DNA of 64,000 bases from an uncultured Gemmatimonadaceae bacterium (GTDB lineage: Bacteria > Gemmatimonadota > Gemmatimonadetes > Gemmatimonadales > Gemmatimonadaceae): contig CAWGJO010000020.1 of the NCBI GenBank assembly GCA_963822945.1, forward strand, positions 704,001-768,000, given 5' to 3'. Positions within the stretch are counted from its first letter, which is position 1. The number at the start of each line of letters is the position of its first letter. The notes beneath the pieces were generated by a model that saw only the letters and a list, made by a program, of their open reading frames with translations, did no database searches and was not told the DNA's origin. Below, in pieces: positions 58,058 to 64,000 of the stretch. The translations under genes were made by a program, and so were the position numbers.

Positions 58058-59013
58058 TACCGGAGCCCCGCGGTTTCGTCGAGGCCGAGCATGAGATTGG
58101 CGTTCTGCACCGCCTGGCCGGCGGCACCCTTCATCAGGTTGTCGATCGCCGAGAGTACCAGCAGCATTGGTTTCGTGGTGCCGGCCAGTGGCTGCGCGAA
58201 GATCTGCACGGCGTTCCGATACGCCACGTCACGCAATCGGGGCGCGCCGTCCACCAGTTCGACGAATGGCTCGCCGGCGTACCGATGCCGCCAGACGTCG
58301 ACCGGGTTGGACAGCGGTTCGCGCAATTCGACGGTAATCGTCGACAGAATGCCCCGCGTGATCGGCAGAAGGTGCGGCGTGAAGACGAGGTCCGATCGGC
58401 TCTCCATGCGCGTCAGCATGGCGCGCATCTCATTCAGATGCCGGTGCGTGTTGCCGATGCCATAGGCGCGATAGTCATCGGCCACTTCGCCGAACATGAG
58501 TTCCCGTTTGGCGGCGTTTCCGGCGCCCGTCACGCCGCTCGCCGAGTTCGCGACGATGGGCGTCCCGTCGGCAATGAGCCCCGCGTCGATCAGCGGAGCA
58601 ATCGCAAACAGAATCGACGTGGGGTAGCAGCCTGGGTTGGCGACGATCGCCGCATCTGCAATTTCGGCGCGGGCGAATTCGGTGAGACCGTACGGCACGT
58701 CATCACGACCGTTGCCGGGACGCAGATCCGCCGAGAGATCGACCACCCGGGCGCCGGCGGCAGCCGCGGCATTCACCCACGTGGCGGATGCGCCGTGCGG
58801 CAGCGCGCTGAACACGAGCCCCACCTGACCGAGGGGCGCGTCTTCGGTGGCCATGAACGTGACCGGACGACCGTGGATGAACACGGTTTGGCCGCGCTGC
58901 TCGTTGGCGGTGGCGAAGGCCAGTTCCAACGCGGGATGACGATGGATGAGTGCGCAAAGCTCGCGACCCGCATATCCGCTGGCCCCGAGCACGCCGACAG
59001 GTATCCTATTCAC
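58057..59013 (-). CDS. argC: N-acetyl-gamma-glutamyl-phosphate reductase
   Basis: GASGYAG, ALPHG, DLSADLR, ANPGCYPT, SGVTGAG, HRH, DNLMKGAAGQAVQN; GTG start at 59013. Confidence 0.95.
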   Translation of the reverse strand: MNRIPVGVLGASGYAGRELCALIHRHPALELAFATANEQRGQTVFIHGRPVTFMATEDAPLGQVGLVFSALPHGASATWVNAAAAAGARVVDLSADLRPGNGRDDVPYGLTEFARAEIADAAIVANPGCYPTSILFAIAPLIDAGLIADGTPIVANSASGVTGAGNAAKRELMFGEVADDYRAYGIGNTHRHLNEMRAMLTRMESRSDLVFTPHLLPITRGILSTITVELREPLSNPVDVWRHRYAGEPFVELVDGAPRLRDVAYRNAVQIFAQPLAGTTKPMLLVLSAIDNLMKGAAGQAVQNANLMLGLDETAGLR

Positions 59014-59035
59014 ACGGAATGCATAATAATGCATA
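58997..59035. promoter_or_regulatory. Tandem ARG boxes over the argC start
   Basis: AATGCATAATAATGCATA (59018-59035) and, 3 bp away, weaker ACAGGTATCCTATTCACA (58997-59014). Confidence 0.75.
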
Positions 59036-59085
59036 TTGTGGACGTCAACTAGCCCGTCCGCTTTCCTTGTCTCCCCGGGTACCCA

Positions 59086-59544
59086 ATGGCGAACAAGTCT
59101 TCGCGCCACGCGGCAATTCTCGAGATCACCGGCTCGCACGCCGTCGGCAGTCAGGAGGAGTTGCGGCACCGGCTCGCCCGGCGCGGCGTCCACGTCACGC
59201 AGGCGACGCTCTCTCGTGACCTCCGGGAGTTGGGGCTGGTGCGCGTTCCCACCGAGGCCGGGGCGCGATACGTGCGACAGGAGGCGCTCGCCGACGAGGC
59301 CAAGCCCTCGCTGGAAGCACTCCTGCCCCAGCTGTTCGCCAGTGTGGCCGGAGTTGGGGAGTTGGTCGTGCTGCACACCGTGGCGTCGGGCGCCCAGCCC
59401 ATCTCCGAGGCCATCGATGCCGAGGGGTGGCCGGAGATCCTGGGAACGATCGCCGGCGAGAACACCATTCTGATCGTGTGCCGTTCGGCAGCCTCCCGTC
59501 AGGGGGTGGTGACCCGGCTCACCGACCTCGCCCGCAAAGGCTGA
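59086..59544 (+). CDS. argR: Arginine repressor
   Basis: SQEEL, VTQATLSRDLRELG, GTIAGENT. Confidence 0.95.
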   Translation: MANKSSRHAAILEITGSHAVGSQEELRHRLARRGVHVTQATLSRDLRELGLVRVPTEAGARYVRQEALADEAKPSLEALLPQLFASVAGVGELVVLHTVASGAQPISEAIDAEGWPEILGTIAGENTILIVCRSAASRQGVVTRLTDLARKG

Positions 59545-59597
59545 GCGGCGGCGCGGCGGCCGGATTCCGGGGCGTCCAGCGGCCTGTGGGCCGCGCA

Positions 59598-59653
59598 TTG
59601 ACGGAGACTCCCTGAATGATTAAATATGCAGATCGTCTGCATAAATAGTTTGC
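59598..59653 (+). promoter_or_regulatory. argG promoter with tandem ARG boxes
   Basis: TTGACG (59598-59603), 17 bp, TAAATA; boxes AATGATTAAATATGCAGA (59615-59632) and TCTGCATAAATAGTTTGC (59636-59653) 3 bp apart. Confidence 0.8.
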
Positions 59654-59668
59654 CTCTCAGGAGCCTTC

Positions 59669-60928
59669 ATGCCGCGCACCATCGCTCTCGCCTATTCCGG
59701 CGGACTCGACACTTCGATCATCGTTCCCTGGCTGCGGGAGCACTACGACGCACGCGTCGTTTGCGTCGCGGCAAACATCGGCCAGGGCGCCGATGAGTTG
59801 CGTGGCGTGCGCGAGAAGGCGCTCGCGTCGGGCGCCGAGGAGTGCTACGTCGAGGATCTGCGGCAGGAGTTCGTGGAGGACTTCATCTTCCCCACCCTGC
59901 GAGCCGGCGCCATCTACAACCGGAAGTACCTCCTGGGGACGTCCATGGCCCGGCCGTTGATCGCCCGGCGCCAGGTCGAGATCGCCCGTCAGGTGGGCGC
60001 CGAGGCCCTGGCCCACGGCTGCACCGGTAAGGGCAACGACCAGGTGCGCTTCGAACTCACGTATGCCAGCTTCGCGCCCGATCTTCCCGTGATCGCTCCG
60101 TGGCGCGAATGGGATATCCGCAGCCGCGAGGACGCCATTGCCTACGCGCAGTCCCGGGGCATCCCGGTGTCCGCGACGAAGGAGAAGATCTATTCGCGCG
60201 ACGCCAACATCTGGCATCTGTCGCACGAGGGCGGAATTCTCGAAGATCCGAATGCGGCGCCGCCGGACGACCTGTTCATGCTCACCACGAATCCGGTCGA
60301 GGCGCCAGACGCCCCGGAAGACGTGGTGATCGGCTTCGAGCAGGGGACGCCGGTGTCCGTCAATGGCATGGTGCTCCCGGCCATCGAGTTGCTCGTCGCG
60401 CTCAACAAGGTTGCGGGCCGGCACGGCGTCGGACGCATCGATCTGGTGGAAGACCGGCTGGTGGGAATGAAGTCGCGCGGCGTGTACGAGACGCCCGGCG
60501 GCACGCTCCTCTACACGGCGCACAGTGAACTGGAGCAGCTGGTGCTCGACCGGCGGACGCTTGCCGCCAAGGACATGGTGGCTCCCCGGTATGCCGACCT
60601 CGTCTACGAAGGTCGCTGGTGGTCCACGGAGCGGGAGGCATACGACGCGTTCGTAACCGTCACCCAGCAGCGGATCACCGGCACCGTCACGCTGCGGCTG
60701 TACAAGGGATCGATGACCGTCGTCGGCCGGCAGAGCGTGCACGCGCTGTACGACGAGCGGTTCGTCACCTTCGGCGAGGATGACGTCTATCAGCAGAGCG
60801 ACGCGGGCGGTTTCATCCGCCTCTTCGCACTGCCGGGTCGCGTGCGCGCGCTCAAGGATCAGGAGATGGGCGCCGAAGCGAAGGCCGCGGACGGCGAGCC
60901 GTCCAAGCCGTCGCTGGCGATCGCGTGA
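59669..60928 (+). CDS. argG: Argininosuccinate synthase
   Basis: [48 protein letters not shown]. Confidence 0.97.
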   Translation: MPRTIALAYSGGLDTSIIVPWLREHYDARVVCVAANIGQGADELRGVREKALASGAEECYVEDLRQEFVEDFIFPTLRAGAIYNRKYLLGTSMARPLIARRQVEIARQVGAEALAHGCTGKGNDQVRFELTYASFAPDLPVIAPWREWDIRSREDAIAYAQSRGIPVSATKEKIYSRDANIWHLSHEGGILEDPNAAPPDDLFMLTTNPVEAPDAPEDVVIGFEQGTPVSVNGMVLPAIELLVALNKVAGRHGVGRIDLVEDRLVGMKSRGVYETPGGTLLYTAHSELEQLVLDRRTLAAKDMVAPRYADLVYEGRWWSTEREAYDAFVTVTQQRITGTVTLRLYKGSMTVVGRQSVHALYDERFVTFGEDDVYQQSDAGGFIRLFALPGRVRALKDQEMGAEAKAADGEPSKPSLAIA

Positions 60929-62334
60929 GCGGTCGCCCGGCGCCGACGCCGAGCCCAGCCGGTACGGCCCACAAGCTGTGGGGCGGGCGGTTCGCCAGCG
61001 GGCCCGCTCCCGCGTTCGATGCGCTCAACAACTCCATCGGGATCGACTTTCGGCTCTGGCCCTTCGACATCACGCTGTCCAAGGCCTGGGCCGTCGGGCT
61101 GTGGAACGCCGGGGTGTTGACGCTGGACGAGAGCAAGGCATTGGAGGCTGGTCTCGATGCGGTGGCCGGCCGGTTCGGGGCGGGCGAGACGCCCGCCCCC
61201 TCCGATGAGGACATCCATACCATGATCGACCGGCTGCTGCACGAAGAGGTCGGCGACGTGGCATCGAAGCTTCATACCGGCCGGAGCCGCAACGATCAGG
61301 TGGCAACGGCCACCAGGCTCTGGACCATGGACGCGCTCGCCCACCTGGACCGGGCGGTCCGCGACCTGCAGACGGTCATCGTCGAGCGTGCCGCGGAAGT
61401 CGAGGCAGTGTTGATGCCGGCGTACACGCATCTTCAACGAGCACAACCGGTCTCGGCCGCGCACTGGCTGCTGGCCCACTTCTGGCCGCTCGAACGCGAC
61501 CGCACACGCCTCCGCGCGGCCGGCCGAACCGCAGCCGTCCTCCCGCTGGGCTCGGGCGCCGTCGCCGGCTCGGCGTACCCCATCTCGCGTACGCTGCTGC
61601 AGGGAACACTGGGGTTCGACGCCGTCTCCCCGAATTCCATGGACGCCGTGAGCGACCGCGATTTCGTGGCCGAAGTACTGTTTGCCTGCGCGTTGATGGC
61701 GGCCCACCTCTCCCGGTTCGCCGAGGACCTGATCATCTACGGCACGAGCGAATTCGGGTTCGTTCAGTTCGGCGAGCGCTTCTCGTCGGGATCGAGCATG
61801 ATGCCCCAGAAGCGAAACCCCGACGCGCTCGAGATCACGCGCGGCGCCGGTGCGCACCTGCTCGGCGACCTCACGTCCCTGCTCGCAACCATCAAAGGAT
61901 TGCCCAGCAGCTACAACAAGGACCTGCAGGACGACAAGCGCACTCTGTTCGACGCTGTCGATACGATGGCGTTGGTACTTCCCGCTCTGACCGGTTCGCT
62001 CGCCGAGGTGCAGTTCCGCCCAGAGCGAATGCGCTCCGCCCTGTCCAGCGGGCTCATGGCGACCGATCTGGCGGACTACCTGGTGCGTAAGGGTGCCACC
62101 TTCCGCGAAGCCCATAGCGCAGTGGGCCATCTGGTTCGTGAAGCTGAATCGGCAGGGGTTGAGCTGGACTCGCTTTCCGACGCTTCATTCAGTGCAGCAC
62201 ATCCGCTGCTGGGGCCGGATGCCCGCGATGCGCTCTCCCCCGAGCGCTCGGTTCAGCACCGGGAAGTGGACGGTGGTACGGGGCCTGCCGCCGTGAAGGC
62301 TCAACTGGCCGCCGCGCGCGTCGCACTCGCCTAG
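60925..62334 (+). CDS. argH: Argininosuccinate lyase
   Basis: [47 protein letters not shown]. Confidence 0.97.
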   Translation: MSGRPAPTPSPAGTAHKLWGGRFASGPAPAFDALNNSIGIDFRLWPFDITLSKAWAVGLWNAGVLTLDESKALEAGLDAVAGRFGAGETPAPSDEDIHTMIDRLLHEEVGDVASKLHTGRSRNDQVATATRLWTMDALAHLDRAVRDLQTVIVERAAEVEAVLMPAYTHLQRAQPVSAAHWLLAHFWPLERDRTRLRAAGRTAAVLPLGSGAVAGSAYPISRTLLQGTLGFDAVSPNSMDAVSDRDFVAEVLFACALMAAHLSRFAEDLIIYGTSEFGFVQFGERFSSGSSMMPQKRNPDALEITRGAGAHLLGDLTSLLATIKGLPSSYNKDLQDDKRTLFDAVDTMALVLPALTGSLAEVQFRPERMRSALSSGLMATDLADYLVRKGATFREAHSAVGHLVREAESAGVELDSLSDASFSAAHPLLGPDARDALSPERSVQHREVDGGTGPAAVKAQLAAARVALA

Positions 62335-62436
62335 AACAACCAGAACTACAGTTTGGGGAGTGATCGGCCTGTGCGCACGTACATTCACTTGGATATAGTT
62401 CCTTTTGGCGGAGGAATTATATGAGAACGTGGCGGT

Positions 62437-62469
62437 TTGCGAGAAATATCCTATTGAGATAGGATATTT
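62437..62469 (+). promoter_or_regulatory. Promoter with a perfect inverted repeat across the spacer and -10
   Basis: TTGCGA (62437-62442), 17 bp, TAGGAT (62460-62465); AAATATCCTAT-tgag-ATAGGATATTT at 62444-62469. Confidence 0.65.
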
Positions 62470-62470
62470 T

Positions 62471-62866
62471 ATGCCTGCTTACGATATCGGAACCGCGGCA
62501 TTCGTGGTCGGAGCCCCAAGAAAGTGGGTCGACAACATTACATCCCACCACACGCTCTCTGGTGTGGAATCCAAACGACGCGGCGTTCGGCGGGAATTCT
62601 CGTTCGATGCCGTCGTTCTGCTCGCCGTCGTCCGGTGGATGGTCGATGAGCTCGGGATTCCCGTACAACGCGCAATCGAGGTGGCCGAAGCAGCCTGCCG
62701 TGACCCCGATGGATCGGTACGTTTTGCCAACGGATTCCGCTTCTCCATAGATCAGGAAGCGGTCACGCGTGAGGTACGGCAGCGGCTGCTCGAAGCGGCG
62801 GAATCGGTACCGAGAATTCGGCGGGGTCGTCCCCCGCGACGCGGGGACCGGCCGTCGCTTTCCTGA
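62471..62866 (+). CDS. Hypothetical protein with MerR-like N-terminal HTH (131 aa)
   Basis: YDIGTAAFVVGAPRKWVDN..RRGVRREFS..LGIPV..A; basic tail RRGRPPRR. Confidence 0.6.
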   Translation: MPAYDIGTAAFVVGAPRKWVDNITSHHTLSGVESKRRGVRREFSFDAVVLLAVVRWMVDELGIPVQRAIEVAEAACRDPDGSVRFANGFRFSIDQEAVTREVRQRLLEAAESVPRIRRGRPPRRGDRPSLS

Positions 62867-62878
62867 TCCCCAGACAGC

Positions 62879-62918
62879 AAAAGAGCCGGGAGATTCGTGT
62901 GGGATCTCCCGGCTCTTC
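62879..62918. terminator. Bidirectional terminator
   Basis: 14-bp stem AAGAGCCGGGAGAT / ATCTCCCGGCTCTT between convergent genes. Confidence 0.75.
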
Positions 62919-62938
62919 GACGCTACAGACTCGCCTTC

Positions 62939-63151
62939 TTACTGAGCCAGGCGGGACACGTTCTCCGCCGCAGGGCCTTTCGCGCCCTGCACGACATCGA
63001 ACTCAACAGCCTCCCCTTCGGCCAGAGTCTTGAAGCCGTTGCCCTGAATCGAGCTGTAGTGGACGAAGCAGTCCTTCTCGCCGCTGTCCGGAGTGATGAA
63101 GCCGAAGCCCTTCGCGTCGTTGAACCACTTCACCTTGCCTGTCGTACGCAT
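62939..63151 (-). CDS. Cold-shock protein (CspA family), second copy
   Basis: [43 protein letters not shown]. Confidence 0.97.
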   Translation of the reverse strand: MRTTGKVKWFNDAKGFGFITPDSGEKDCFVHYSSIQGNGFKTLAEGEAVEFDVVQGAKGPAAENVSRLAQ

Positions 63152-63492
63152 GTCCCACTCCTGAAAGTACCCATTGTCTAGGGAGCGGAACGCGCCGTAC
63201 CCCGACAATTCCTGAAGCCGCAGATCGCCTGAGCGTCGCGGGGCCTATATGAGCCGAGCCAAGACCCTGAGGCCTTGGCTCAGCGCGCGCAAAGGTAGTA
63301 TTCCGGATATATCGGGTCAATACCGGGTTAACGGCCGCCATTTCCGGCAATCTCCCCGATATCGCAGGCTCAGGGTGAGATCGCTGCGACGCCCGAATCC
63401 GCGTATTCGGGTCCCGTCGTCACGCCATTCGCGACTTCTGGCGCCATACCCGGACTGAGTATCTTGGAGCACGCCCTCTTGATGGAGTCCTC

Positions 63493-64000
63493 GTGAGTTT
63501 CGGCAGTCGCAGACAGACGGTGACCACTTGGGTCGGAGAGGTCCCGGTGGGGTCCGAGTACCCCATCGTGGTCCAGTCGATGACCAATACGGATACGGCC
63601 GACCCGGTCACCACGGCTCAACAGGTGGTGGCACTGGCTCGCGCAGGTTCTCAGTTGGTACGCGTGACGGTGAACAACGAGGAGGCCGCTCGAGCCGTCC
63701 CCGAGATTGCCCAGCGCGTGAGCGACGCCGGCGTCAACGTGCCCATTGTGGGAGATTTCCACTACAATGGCCACCTGCTCCTGGCCAAGTACCCGGCCTG
63801 TGCTTCGACCCTGGCCAAGTACCGCATCAATCCGGGCAACGTCGGCGGCAAGCGTCGCGACGAGAATTTCCGGACCATCGTCCAAATTGCCGTGGACAAC
63901 GACCGCCCGGTCCGCATCGGCGTCAACTGGGGCTCCCTTGATCAGGACTTGTTGACGCAGATGATGGACGCCAACGGTCGGGCGGCGGTCCCCCTGGACG
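63493..64000 (+). CDS. ispG: (E)-4-hydroxy-3-methylbut-2-enyl-diphosphate synthase, runs off the window
   Basis: [48 protein letters not shown]. Confidence 0.95.
   Translation, partial: MSFGSRRQTVTTWVGEVPVGSEYPIVVQSMTNTDTADPVTTAQQVVALARAGSQLVRVTVNNEEAARAVPEIAQRVSDAGVNVPIVGDFHYNGHLLLAKYPACASTLAKYRINPGNVGGKRRDENFRTIVQIAVDNDRPVRIGVNWGSLDQDLLTQMMDANGRAAVPLD

Noticed and set aside
63152..63492. tRNA or riboswitch in the csp-ispG spacer and other intergenic regions
   Set aside because: No cloverleaf, T-loop or recognisable aptamer by eye; an Rfam search would be needed to exclude a structured csp 5' UTR

Overview
High-GC bacterial chromosome segment whose gene content and style suggest Gemmatimonadota (inference only). 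No tRNA, rRNA, CRISPR array, transposase or integrase was recognised. 1-12 kb: housekeeping and envelope genes (3' end of a type III glutamine synthetase, M24 peptidase, type I glnA, mqnD, an acidic/basic histone-H1-like protein, a MerR-like regulator, an SDR, an orphan plasmid-type replication-initiator-like gene, an S41 protease, a TolB-like propeller). 12.2-41.2 kb is the most interesting part. A + strand operon (WecA-like phosphoglycosyl transferase, PqqD/RRE, lasso-cyclase-like asparagine synthetase homologue, lasso precursor with predicted core SGGRVGKHDKAVKHSRTGF, HPr-kinase-like enzyme, nucleotidyltransferase, ABC exporter) has no B2 leader peptidase. It converges on, and overlaps, a 16-gene polysaccharide operon (9 GT4, 2 GT2, 3 methyltransferases, Wzy-like, Wzc) that itself lacks an initiating transferase and a Wzx flippase. 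A beta-barrel-like gene pair and a short Wza-like gene follow. 41-64 kb: MBL hydrolase, desaturase, yggX, NrtR-type regulator with two candidate operators, two cold-shock genes, yhaM, SPFH, esterase, M28 peptidase, a YtrA-type GntR/ABC operon, a divergent arginine cluster (argCBDA / argRGH) with tandem ARG boxes, and the start of ispG. Start codons were chosen by eye from RBS, gene overlaps and family N-termini. Family calls come from motif recognition, not database searches.
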